Below, piece after piece: positions 22,824 through 31,699 of a stretch of 37,767 nt of DNA (positions within the stretch are counted from its first letter, which is position 1; every line of letters starts with the position of its first letter). The translations under genes and the position numbers were made by a program. This DNA is from Candidatus Desantisbacteria bacterium (GTDB taxonomy: Bacteria > JACRDZ01). The notes below the pieces were generated by a model. The model did no database searches. It saw only the letters and a list, made by a program, of their open reading frames with translations, and was not told the DNA's origin. Location of the stretch: contig JACQWU010000323.1 in assembly GCA_016209155.1 (NCBI GenBank), forward strand, positions 1 through 37,767. The letters are read 5' to 3'.

Positions 22824-24305
22824 TCAGTCAATTTGAGTTAATGTCTGAAAACGCTCATTTAACAGATTTGCTGTCTTTTCCATCAGCATTACTCCGATTT
22901 CATCAACATATCGATTTTTCCAATGTTCCATCGGAGTTCCCTTCACCCACTGATTAAACGCACCCAAGGCAGGGCCGCACTGTATCTGATAATCCACTTC
23001 ATGACCTGGGCTACCACTGAGTGCCAGGTGCGTAGAATAACCAAAATACCATCTAAAAATAAAAGCCATTTTTTGTTTAGGATTTCGTTCTGCTTTTTCT
23101 ATTTCTTCCGGTGGATAGTATAATTTGACTTCCTTATATATCTCATCAAAAGTCCGTTTAAAATATTTTTCTTGGATCATCTTTTTGGACTTCTCATCAA
23201 TTTCATCTAAAGAATTATATTGACGATACAAGTCATACAATTTATTTGCCCTTGCTGGAAAAAACACTCCTTTCTTCAGAACCTGAACCTTTGCCCCAAT
23301 CTCAAACATATCGCCTGCTGGCGCGTATTCTGTATCCTGTATATTTATCTCCTGCAGCATATTCTTCACCTCATCACTAGTACCAGCTTCAACAGTGCAT
23401 TGATTGATTGAACCCGTAAGAATGAAATCAGCACCTAAAATAAAAGCTGCTGCTGCTGCCTCAGGGGTTCCAATCCCACCAGCGGCCCCGACCCTTACCT
23501 TCTTTGAATATTGATATTTTTCCATCATCTCATTCCGCAGCTTGATAATCGCTGGCATCAAAGCGTAAGCCACCCCTCCATCAGTATGCCCGCCAGAATC
23601 CGCCTCTACACAGATATCATCTGCCATAGGGATATCTCTCAACATGCGAGCTTGTTCCTTAGTGATTTTATTCTCTTGCATTAGCTTTTCCACAATCCGT
23701 TCAGACGCAGGACTCAAGAATGCCTCAGCAACTTCCGGTCTTGATACCTTTGCTATTACCCTGTTGGCAATGGAGATTGAACCATTCCCATTCCGTTCTA
23801 ACCCAGATGCACGATATCGTACCAGTGGGGGCGTTATAGCCATATATGCTGATGCCTCGATTGTTCTTACATGATATTTCAGGAACAGATCTACAGCCTT
23901 TTCTTCTTTTTTTGAGTCAATTGGGTTGAATAGTAAATTCATACCATATGCATGTTCATCACCTAATTCATTTTGAATATATTGAATGGATTCCTCGATC
24001 TGTGGTATTTCTAAGCCGCCTGTACCAAAAAATCCCAACATTCTCACCTTGCCCATTTTTACGACCATCTCTTTAGAGGATATTCCCTTATACATTGAAC
24101 CTGTAGCATATGCATACTTGAGCTTATAATCTCTTTTAAATTCTTTATCTCCTAAAGACGAAGCTGTAATTATTGTCTGCGTTTGCTTTTCTGCATTATT
24201 AACTACAACCGAATTTATAGTTCTGGAGGATACTTCTTCTTGCAGTTGTTTTCTTTCCTGCATAAAGCCATTTTCATCATCTGTAATTATATGTAACTGT
24301 CTCAT
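22824..24305 (-). CDS. Stand-alone trans-acting enoyl reductase (PfaD/FabK-like FMN oxidoreductase, like the ER domain of PksE)
   Basis: Motifs [95 protein letters not shown]. No AT domain precedes them. Confidence 0.92.
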   Translation of the reverse strand: MRQLHIITDDENGFMQERKQLQEEVSSRTINSVVVNNAEKQTQTIITASSLGDKEFKRDYKLKYAYATGSMYKGISSKEMVVKMGKVRMLGFFGTGGLEIPQIEESIQYIQNELGDEHAYGMNLLFNPIDSKKEEKAVDLFLKYHVRTIEASAYMAITPPLVRYRASGLERNGNGSISIANRVIAKVSRPEVAEAFLSPASERIVEKLMQENKITKEQARMLRDIPMADDICVEADSGGHTDGGVAYALMPAIIKLRNEMMEKYQYSKKVRVGAAGGIGTPEAAAAAFILGADFILTGSINQCTVEAGTSDEVKNMLQEINIQDTEYAPAGDMFEIGAKVQVLKKGVFFPARANKLYDLYRQYNSLDEIDEKSKKMIQEKYFKRTFDEIYKEVKLYYPPEEIEKAERNPKQKMAFIFRWYFGYSTHLALSGSPGHEVDYQIQCGPALGAFNQWVKGTPMEHWKNRYVDEIGVMLMEKTANLLNERFQTLTQID

Positions 24306-24569
24306 TTTTCTTCTTCATTGAAAAATATTTATCTTTATAGTTGTGAAATAAATTCTTGCCATATTTTCCTGCTTTAAGGTTACGTCCGTTTTTAAATAAA
24401 TTTCTATTTTCCCTGCATGCCTTTACTACATACCGGACATAAATAATAACAATCAAAGAGAACGCATACCTTTACTCCTTTCAAGTGATGAAGGGAAATG
24501 GACGATCTTAAACATAGGCAATTCTCCTAACGATATAAAACATGTGAACACACCCACGTATAATTCATA

Positions 24570-24620
24570 TTGGTTGAATTGCCTTTTTATTTATTTTTCA
24601 AAAAAGTCAGTCAACTTGAT
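24570..24620. repeat. Degenerate second copy of the 21196-21270 element
   Basis: AAAAAAGTCAGTCAACTTGA is identical to 21250-21269; decayed left arm GGTTGAATTGCCTTTTT. Confidence 0.6.
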
Positions 24621-24787
24621 TAATTTAAAGACACTACCGTCATTAACTATTAATTGTATGTTTCAAATAAAAGATAAAAGAGTTCTGGGTATTTTTTTGT
24701 GGAATTTTTGATGAGTGGAGTATATTATAATGAAAGGGTTATATTCAATCACCTTCAGAGGGTATTTTTGGGTAGAGGGTGGACTAA

Positions 24788-24945
24788 GGGGTCATCATGA
24801 AATAAATATCACAAGATTGCGCAGGATTTTGGGCTGTATTCAAGGCGCTTATGAGGGCGCATACTGAATGTATGTAACCGAACAAGCAACGCAGAAGACA
24901 GTTCAAAAGACTAGCAAGATGTGATAGTTATTTCATGACGACCCC
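24788..24945 (+). mobile_element. 158-bp MITE, copy 1 (GGGG...CCCC ends, TAA target duplication)
   Basis: TIR GGGGTC(A/G)TCATGAAATAA.TATCACA / TGTGATA.TTATTTCATGACGACCCC; TAA directly on both sides (24785-24787, 24946-24948). Confidence 0.88.
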
Positions 24946-25272
24946 TAAGTACAGCTTCACATAATTAAGTCTACAAAATTCTCCTTATTCTCCTTTTGTC
25001 CCCCTTTTTCAAAGCTTAACGTTACCCTATAAGTTAAAGGTGGATGGAATTGAAAATTGAGCATTGAGCATTGACAATTGAGATTTAAAAACATGCTTTT
25101 AAATGTAATTTAGTGAATAAAATTATTAAAAAAAGATATTTAATGCTCAATGCTCAATTATAAATGCTCAATTGTCAATAAAATCATTAAAAAATGTAGG
25201 TAATAGTAAGAGCAAAGAGGGTTAGGGGAGATTTTTAATTTTTGTATACTTATTTCTGTGAAGCTGTACTTA
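24946..25272. repeat. Long inverted-repeat element containing nested palindromes and mirrored heptamer arrays
   Basis: 33-bp arms TAAGTACAGCTTCACA.AA.TAAGT.TACAAAA (3 mismatches); ATTGAnn heptamers at 25049-25083 mirrored by GCTCAAT-type heptamers at ~25139-25179. Confidence 0.75.
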
Positions 25273-25310
25273 GGGCTTGCGAAAATACCATGTTATTTTT
25301 TCGCAAGCCC
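25273..25310. terminator. Hairpin just downstream of the regulator gene (possible terminator or minimal MITE)
   Basis: Perfect 13-bp arms GGGCTTGCGAAAA / TTTTCGCAAGCCC, 6 bp past the stop at 25317; no clear U-tract on the minus strand. Confidence 0.5.
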
Positions 25311-25316
25311 TAAATT

Positions 25317-25952
25317 TTAAATCAAGCCTTTTCTTTTAGCTTTAAGAAGCGCGTCCTGTCTGTCTTTTGCTTCAAGTTTTTCATAAATATATTTTACATG
25401 TGAGTGTACTGTATTTGTGCTTATATTTAATTTACTTGAAATTTCTTTATAGCTGTATCCGATATCCATAAATTTAAGTATTTCCCTTTTTTTCTGGCTT
25501 AAAATATTGGCTTCAGGTTTTAATATATTCTGGAATTCTAATATTACTTTCTTTGCTATTTTAGGACTCATGGGAGCGCCGCCTTGATCTAGAGAATAGA
25601 TCGATTCTATAACTTCTCTTGGAGAACTTTCTTTTAAAATATAACCGGATGCTCCTGCTTTTAAAGCAGAAAAAAGATATTCTCTTTCTTCCATATCTGT
25701 ATAAACTAATATTTGAGTATTCGGGATTTTTTTTCTTATATTATATATTAATTCAACTCCTGAAATATCAGGGAAATTAAGTTCAGTCAGGATAATGTCC
25801 GGGGATAATTCTTCTATTGAAAGTATAGCTTTTTGTGCAGAACTGAAAATTCCGACCACTGCGATTTTATATTCCCCGCTTAAAATCAGCTTTAATCTTT
25901 CTAATAAAATAATATTGTGTTCTATTATTACAACTTTTAGCTGCATGTCCAT
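25317..25952 (-). CDS. NarL/FixJ-family response regulator (REC + LuxR HTH) with an atypical receiver (phospho-site Glu57)
   Basis: REC fold with ALKAGASGYILK, linker GGAPMSPKIAKKV, and HTH SYKEISSKLNISTNTVHSHVKYIYEKL. The acidic pocket reads IIEHN and ILTELNFP instead of DD/D. Confidence 0.9.
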   Translation of the reverse strand: MDMQLKVVIIEHNIILLERLKLILSGEYKIAVVGIFSSAQKAILSIEELSPDIILTELNFPDISGVELIYNIRKKIPNTQILVYTDMEEREYLFSALKAGASGYILKESSPREVIESIYSLDQGGAPMSPKIAKKVILEFQNILKPEANILSQKKREILKFMDIGYSYKEISSKLNISTNTVHSHVKYIYEKLEAKDRQDALLKAKRKGLI

Positions 25953-25976
25953 AGTTTAATGTGTCTTATTAATTAA

Positions 25977-26134
25977 GGGGTCGTCATGAAATAACTATCA
26001 CATCTTGCTGGTCTTTTGAGCTGTCTTCTGCGTTGCTTGTTCGGTTACATACATCCAGTATGCTCCCTCACAAGCGCCTTGAATACAGCCCAAAATCCTG
26101 CGCAATCTTGTGATACTTATTTCATGACGACCCC
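25977..26134 (-). mobile_element. 158-bp MITE, copy 2 (inverted relative to copy 1)
   Basis: Reverse complement of 24788-24945 with 7 substitutions by my alignment; TAA on both sides (25974-25976, 26135-26137). Confidence 0.88.
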
Positions 26135-26312
26135 TAATAGCAATGTTTATGAATTTTATAAGTTTAGCTGATAAAGGTATAATATTCTGACTTAAAGCTG
26201 GGATATACACAAATTTGGATTATATACAATAAATACATAAGATCACATTGGTTAATATACAACATAAAATGGAAGATTTCAATAGAATTTTATTTTGGTC
26301 GCAAGCTCAAAC

Positions 26313-26342
26313 TTGACTTTGTACATACAATTGATGTACAAT
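26313..26342 (+). promoter_or_regulatory. Sigma70-type promoter and palindromic operator of the TA operon
   Basis: TTGACT (26313-26318), 18 nt, TACAAT (26337-26342); perfect inverted repeat TTGTACAT-N7-ATGTACAA (26319-26341) overlapping the spacer and -10. Confidence 0.75.
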
Positions 26343-26348
26343 TAAATT

Positions 26349-26633
26349 ATGATATTTGAATGGAATTCTCAAAAAAATGAATGGTTAAAAAAAGAAAGAG
26401 GAGTATCGTTTGAACAAATTATTTTCCATTTATACCAGGGTGATTTATGGAAAACTTCTGATCATCCAGATCAAATTAAATATCCTGGGCAAAAAATTTA
26501 CTATGTAATAATGGATGATTATATTTATTTAGTTCCTTATAAAAAGGAAACCGCTCATATTTTTTTAAAAACAATTATTCCTAGTAGAAAAGCAACTCAA
26601 GATTATAAAAAAGAAATTGGAGAAATATTATGA
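26349..26633 (+). CDS. BrnT-like (RelE-superfamily) type II toxin
   Basis: 94 aa, N-terminal FEWNSQKNEWLKKERGVSFE and C-terminal FLKTIIPSRKAT; ATGA overlap with the downstream RHH gene. Confidence 0.8.
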   Translation: MIFEWNSQKNEWLKKERGVSFEQIIFHLYQGDLWKTSDHPDQIKYPGQKIYYVIMDDYIYLVPYKKETAHIFLKTIIPSRKATQDYKKEIGEIL

Positions 26634-26905
26634 AATTAGATAAAGAAGAACAAGAAATTTTGGCAGCTTATGAAAATGGTTTAATTAAAACCAAGGCCCC
26701 TTTAAAAAAGGAACTAAAAAAAATTAAATCTATAGCTGAAAGTACATTTAAAAAAAATAAAAGAATTACGATTAGGCTTTATGAACATGATTTTGAAGGA
26801 ATTCAAAAAAAAGCTATGGAAATGGGGATTCCTTATCAGACATTAATTTCAGCAATGATTCATCGTTATATTGAAGGTGAATTAGTAGATAGTAAAAATA
26901 GATAA
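26630..26905 (+). CDS. Ribbon-helix-helix (CopG/BrnA-like) antitoxin
   Basis: 91 aa with C-terminal KRITIRL...GIPYQTLISAMIHRYI RHH motif; translationally coupled to the toxin. Confidence 0.8.
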   Translation: MKLDKEEQEILAAYENGLIKTKAPLKKELKKIKSIAESTFKKNKRITIRLYEHDFEGIQKKAMEMGIPYQTLISAMIHRYIEGELVDSKNR

Positions 26906-26926
26906 CTACTCCAATATCGAATTTCA

Positions 26927-29900
26927 TCACCATACCATCTCAGATAATGTTTTAAAATATTTTTCAGTTAAATCTCTGTATTCCAATGGGATACGATCTA
27001 ATTGTATATCTATTTTGTCCTGAAAATCTTTTTTTTCTTTATTTGTCAGTTCTTTTGACAACTCCTCCGGCGAGTTTATTTTCTCGAAAAATTTTGCTTT
27101 ATCTGCTTTGCGTTCCTTATCAAATTCCTCTTTTGTTTTTAATGATTTCTGAGTATCAAGCAATCTGTTTAAAATTCTTTTTTGTTTTCTGTTTAATTCA
27201 GAATTCAGCGCTTTCTTTTTTAATTCCTGAGCAACATTTTCCATTAAGTCTTTTATATCATCAAGTTTTCCCATCATACCTTCCATTTTATTATATTGAT
27301 CGTTTAATTGCTCAAGCATTTCTCTGAGTTTATTTTGTTCATAGGACATTTTTTCCAAAAGCTCCTGCTGTTCAGAAGATAGTTCTCCCTGTTTCTGCAT
27401 TTCATTTTGCATCATTTCAGTCATATCATTTATTCCTTGCTGCTGCTTGCTCATTTTATCGAGCTGGCTGAACATATCTTCGCTTCCAGCCTGTGACATT
27501 TTTTTCTTTAAATCGTTTGATGTTTCAAGAAATTCCGCAATAATTCTATTTAATTCCGTCAGATTTTCATGTATCAATGGTATAGCTGTAAATAAATCAT
27601 TTTCTCCGATATTGATTTTAAGCGAAGACATTTTTTTTGATAAATCCTGCAATCTAAAAGGTAATTCAGGTTTGATAACAGGTGATATTTTTGATATTGC
27701 AACTAATGTCTGCGCCAGATTATTTACTCCTTCACTAAGATGCATTTCCTTAATTGCAAATTCATCAAGAACATTTTCTTCAGCCAGAGTGAGATTTTTA
27801 TCCTGACGCGATTTTGTCTGTATATCCAGCAAAATTTTTTCCTGCTCATTTGATAGAAAAAGACCATTATAAATTATTGTCTGAATCATTCTCAATATTT
27901 CTTCGTTTACATTTCGCTGCATTTCTTTGATTAATTGATCCAGTTGCTCAGCAGTATCAGACATTTGTTTTTGTGTATCATTGGCATTTTTGCTTGATTG
28001 ATCAAATTTCTCATTTTTAAGATTTGCCTTGAGTTCCTGCATTTTTTCTGCAATTTCAGAATTTTTAATTTTGTTTCCTATATCCTGCAATTTTTTACTG
28101 ATATTAGGATTTTCTTTATTAAAATCCTTTGCTAATTCCATAATATTTTCCTGTAAATCGTTTATTTCCTTTTGATCCTGCTCCTGTTTAACTATTAAAT
28201 CATTCATTTCAGCTTTACTGATATTTTCTTTGCCTTTTTTGTTGATTTTTTCTAATGTTTTTTGCAATTCCTTTTGTCTTTCAGCTAATTGCTGGGCTTG
28301 TTTAGCCATTACTTCTAAGCGGCGTTCATTACGAACACGTTTTAAAAGCTCAATAGTTCTATCCAATTTTTGTATGAATTTCTCCTGATTGAATTCTGCA
28401 TCCATTAATGCTTTTTTCTTTTCATCCAGATTTATTTCTTTAATACTTTCATTTAATTTTTGTAAAGTATTTTTCATTTCTTCAGTCATAATATCATTCA
28501 TTAATTTCTGTATTTCCATAACTTTTTCCACTAAGGGCTGCTGGACAAGAGCGTTTTTCTTTAATTCATCAACATTTTTTTCCATTTTATTCTGAATATC
28601 TTTATCTTTTTCCATAACTTCTTTGTGCATTTCCTTAATCTGTTTTATTTCATTTTCCTTATTCCAATCAGTTTTATTTTCATCTTCAATATTTTTGCGA
28701 GTGTTTTCAATACGGGTTTCCAGATTTTTGCTTTCATCCTGAACTTCTTTTAACTCATCAATTTCCTTCCCTTGCTCTAATTCCGTTTCCATATAAATTT
28801 CAAAAAGAGACGGGAAAGTTAAGCTGAAAATCTGTGAAATCCCTTTTTTAGGTCCGTTAACAGTATCATTATCCCATGATTCAGCATAGTATTGAATAAC
28901 CTGTCCGGGAAAGAGTTTTTCATCGGTTAAATCCCATATATAGTTATACAAAACAGTTGTTTTTGCTGAAGTAAATTTAATTAAATCAATAGTTTTTTCC
29001 TGAGACTGGCTGATTATTTTATATTTCAATCTGATTTTTTTAATCCCATAATCATCAGTAACAGAAATGGATAAATTAATTTTCATATCCTGTGGAATTT
29101 TAATATCTCTGCCGGGATTTACTATTTCAACTTTTGGAATTGTGTCTTTTTCAACTTCAATAGTATATTTAACAGGATTGGAATTTTTTATTCCTTCTTT
29201 TGAAGTAATTGCAAATGAATAGTTGTCTGGCTTTGCTACCATGACATCTCCTGATATCTCAGTTGAATCAAGTATTTTTAAAATAGTTCTACCTGAATCA
29301 AAGACAATTTCAGCATTTTCTAATGCTCTATCAGCAGCAGCTTTAATTGTTACTCTGGTTCCTGGTAAAGCCTTAATATTACCAGATACATTATCAATAA
29401 TTTTTGGTTTTAATTCAGTATAAAGCGGGTAATTGCAAGTAAGATTAATATTGCTTATTACTGGTTCCTGATTGATAATTATTGTCCCAATATTAGAGCG
29501 GGCAGATGCTGCTGCTGCTGCATAAAAGGACATATTCATTTGAATATTTTTAAATGTATATTCAACCTCTCCTTTTTTGGGAACGATAATTTTTTCAAGA
29601 GGATAATAAACATCGCTTTTAACAGATGTATAAATAGTAATATCCTGTGGAATTTTTCCATAAATAAAAATATTTATTGATTGAGAGCTGTTTATATTTA
29701 CATATTTTTTATGCGGAAGAATACGTATAATCGTTCGGTCATGAAGATAATTCATGGTAGAGAATCTATAGAAATTATTATAAGTTATGGCTAATTGATA
29801 AGGGAAAATTGCTATCCATAACAAAAAAGGTCCTAAAAATAAAGATAAACTATAAAATTTTTTTCTTAAATTACCAAAATCTAAAATTTTAGACGGATTT

Positions 29901-30340
29901 GTCTTGCTTAATAATTCATCAGCATGTTTCATGCTGAGCTGCATAAATAATGATGAATAACCATAGACATTAGTATATAAATCAAAATTTTTATAGAAAT
30001 CCAGACTGCTGACTAACTTATTATCTGGAATAGGTATGCGGGATTCAATATATTCAGCCAGGGTTATAAAAGATTTTCCTTTAAAAAGCATTTGTATAAT
30101 TATAAAAGCCAAGCTAGTGATATTAAGACTAAAGAAAATCCAGAAAAAAAGTCTTTTATACTCAAACAGAAAATTATCAATAAAACAATAACTTATTAAT
30201 GATATAATTACAACAATACCCTGTAAGCATAAGCCTTCTAATAAAAACAATAAACGTCTGTAAAGCTGGAAACGCTTAATCCAGCTAAAAATATTTTGAT
30301 GCAGTAATTTTATTTCATTTATCATGATTTCATATTCCAC
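26927..30340 (-). CDS. Large membrane-anchored protein, DUF4175-like (N-terminal TM helices, beta-rich Ig-like repeats, long Q/E/K coiled coil)
   Basis: Three hydrophobic segments in the first ~190 aa, motifs YPLYT, DTIPKVEI..P, DDYGI, WDND.VNGPK, ~600 aa of heptad-rich sequence, and terminal IPLEYRDLTEKYFK. Confidence 0.75.
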   Translation of the reverse strand: MEYEIMINEIKLLHQNIFSWIKRFQLYRRLLFLLEGLCLQGIVVIISLISYCFIDNFLFEYKRLFFWIFFSLNITSLAFIIIQMLFKGKSFITLAEYIESRIPIPDNKLVSSLDFYKNFDLYTNVYGYSSLFMQLSMKHADELLSKTNPSKILDFGNLRKKFYSLSLFLGPFLLWIAIFPYQLAITYNNFYRFSTMNYLHDRTIIRILPHKKYVNINSSQSINIFIYGKIPQDITIYTSVKSDVYYPLEKIIVPKKGEVEYTFKNIQMNMSFYAAAAASARSNIGTIIINQEPVISNINLTCNYPLYTELKPKIIDNVSGNIKALPGTRVTIKAAADRALENAEIVFDSGRTILKILDSTEISGDVMVAKPDNYSFAITSKEGIKNSNPVKYTIEVEKDTIPKVEIVNPGRDIKIPQDMKINLSISVTDDYGIKKIRLKYKIISQSQEKTIDLIKFTSAKTTVLYNYIWDLTDEKLFPGQVIQYYAESWDNDTVNGPKKGISQIFSLTFPSLFEIYMETELEQGKEIDELKEVQDESKNLETRIENTRKNIEDENKTDWNKENEIKQIKEMHKEVMEKDKDIQNKMEKNVDELKKNALVQQPLVEKVMEIQKLMNDIMTEEMKNTLQKLNESIKEINLDEKKKALMDAEFNQEKFIQKLDRTIELLKRVRNERRLEVMAKQAQQLAERQKELQKTLEKINKKGKENISKAEMNDLIVKQEQDQKEINDLQENIMELAKDFNKENPNISKKLQDIGNKIKNSEIAEKMQELKANLKNEKFDQSSKNANDTQKQMSDTAEQLDQLIKEMQRNVNEEILRMIQTIIYNGLFLSNEQEKILLDIQTKSRQDKNLTLAEENVLDEFAIKEMHLSEGVNNLAQTLVAISKISPVIKPELPFRLQDLSKKMSSLKINIGENDLFTAIPLIHENLTELNRIIAEFLETSNDLKKKMSQAGSEDMFSQLDKMSKQQQGINDMTEMMQNEMQKQGELSSEQQELLEKMSYEQNKLREMLEQLNDQYNKMEGMMGKLDDIKDLMENVAQELKKKALNSELNRKQKRILNRLLDTQKSLKTKEEFDKERKADKAKFFEKINSPEELSKELTNKEKKDFQDKIDIQLDRIPLEYRDLTEKYFKTLSEMVW

Positions 30341-31679
30341 CCAGAGTGATTTCGGAAATTTGAAAACCCGGGGAACCGCAGATAGAAGTATATCCTACAG
30401 GTATAAAAAGAATATTATCAGCTACTTCAATTATATTATTTAGCATATCAGGCAATGTTGATGCAATTGTAACCTCACGTACTGGATAAGTAAGTTCTCC
30501 ATTTTCAATCCAGATGCCATTAATTCCAACAGAATACTCGCCAGTTATTGGATTAATCCCGCCAACATTCATAGTATGCTTTATATATATACCTTTATCT
30601 ATTTTTTTTATCATTTCATGTTCTTTAATATTTCCCTGTTCAAGATAAAAGTTAGAAGGGATAATAGCTGGTGTAGATTTATATGATGAGCGGAAACCAT
30701 TGCCTGTTGAAGAAATTCCTTCTTTATTCGCCGTATAAGTATTATAAAGATATTTTTTTAAAATACCATTTTGAATAAGTATATTTCGCTGAGTAGGGAC
30801 TCCTTCCCCATCCATTGGAACTGTTAGAAGTCCTCCTTTTAACGTACCATCGTCTATGATGTTTACTTTTGAATTGGCAATTTGCTTACCAGAACAATTT
30901 TTCAAAAATGATCTTCCCTTCTGGCATGCTTCAGCGCTCAGCGCGCTTGCAATGATAGAAACAAATTCACTGCCGGCATTTGGACTAAAAACTGCTGTTA
31001 GTTTTTGACTTTTGATTTTCCTACCGCCTAAAAGCATTATTGCTTCACGGGAAGCATTGCTTACCGCAGTATATGGGTCAAGCTTTTTATAAAAGCGATT
31101 TAAAGTAAAATCCATACCTGTTTCAGAAACAGAACCATCTGAAGCAATCATAATAAAAACCATTCCTGCTTCAGTTGCCCTATAACTTTTGCAAATACCC
31201 CTGGAATTAATTAAAAAATTGCTTTCTTCAACTTCATCATATAAAGCAAATTCAGTATTAATTATTCTCTTATCGTTATATCCAAGCTTTTCCGCTTCTT
31301 TCAGCTTATTGATTTTTTCTTCCAATGGAATTTGAGAAAGTTCATTGTCAAAAATATCAAAATTATTATCTGACGGCAAATTTTCAGGTAAAATATTTCC
31401 GGGGTCAGAATCTATTTCCTGTGCAAGATTTATTATTTTATCTAAAAGCGATGATAAATGAGGATCAGAAAAATCCGATGAATAACCAAAACCCAATTTT
31501 TTATCAATGAAGATGCGTATCCCAAGCCCTTTTTCTCTTGATGATTTAACTGATTCAACCTCTTCATGATGAACCTTGATTGTGTTTTTTAATTTTTCAG
31601 AAATAAAAATTTCTGCTTCATGAGCACCTTTTTTTCGTGCCTGTTTAATAAGATTTTCACCTAAAGCGTAGTAGTCCAT
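30330..31679 (-). CDS. pmbA: TldD/PmbA family protein, PmbA/TldE (non-catalytic) type
   Basis: GLGIRIF..KKLGFGYSSD, IIDDG, DGEGVPTQ, STGNG.R, NPITGEYS and IENGELTYPV motifs; lacks the TldD HExxxH motif. Confidence 0.88.
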   Translation of the reverse strand: MDYYALGENLIKQARKKGAHEAEIFISEKLKNTIKVHHEEVESVKSSREKGLGIRIFIDKKLGFGYSSDFSDPHLSSLLDKIINLAQEIDSDPGNILPENLPSDNNFDIFDNELSQIPLEEKINKLKEAEKLGYNDKRIINTEFALYDEVEESNFLINSRGICKSYRATEAGMVFIMIASDGSVSETGMDFTLNRFYKKLDPYTAVSNASREAIMLLGGRKIKSQKLTAVFSPNAGSEFVSIIASALSAEACQKGRSFLKNCSGKQIANSKVNIIDDGTLKGGLLTVPMDGEGVPTQRNILIQNGILKKYLYNTYTANKEGISSTGNGFRSSYKSTPAIIPSNFYLEQGNIKEHEMIKKIDKGIYIKHTMNVGGINPITGEYSVGINGIWIENGELTYPVREVTIASTLPDMLNNIIEVADNILFIPVGYTSICGSPGFQISEITLGGI

Positions 31680-31699
31680 ATTGCACCTCTTTGCTTATC

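Noticed and set aside
25049-25179. Short repeats as a possible CRISPR array
   Set aside because: 7-bp tandem units without spacers; no cas genes and no 25-45 bp repeat-spacer pattern seen in the window.
25998-26210. 70-aa ORF upstream of the regulator
   Set aside because: Mostly read from MITE copy 2; the equivalent frame in copy 1 has a TGG->TGA change.
29505-29522. (GCA)n run giving poly-Ala as a phase-variation tract
   Set aside because: Short trinucleotide run; length change would keep the frame.
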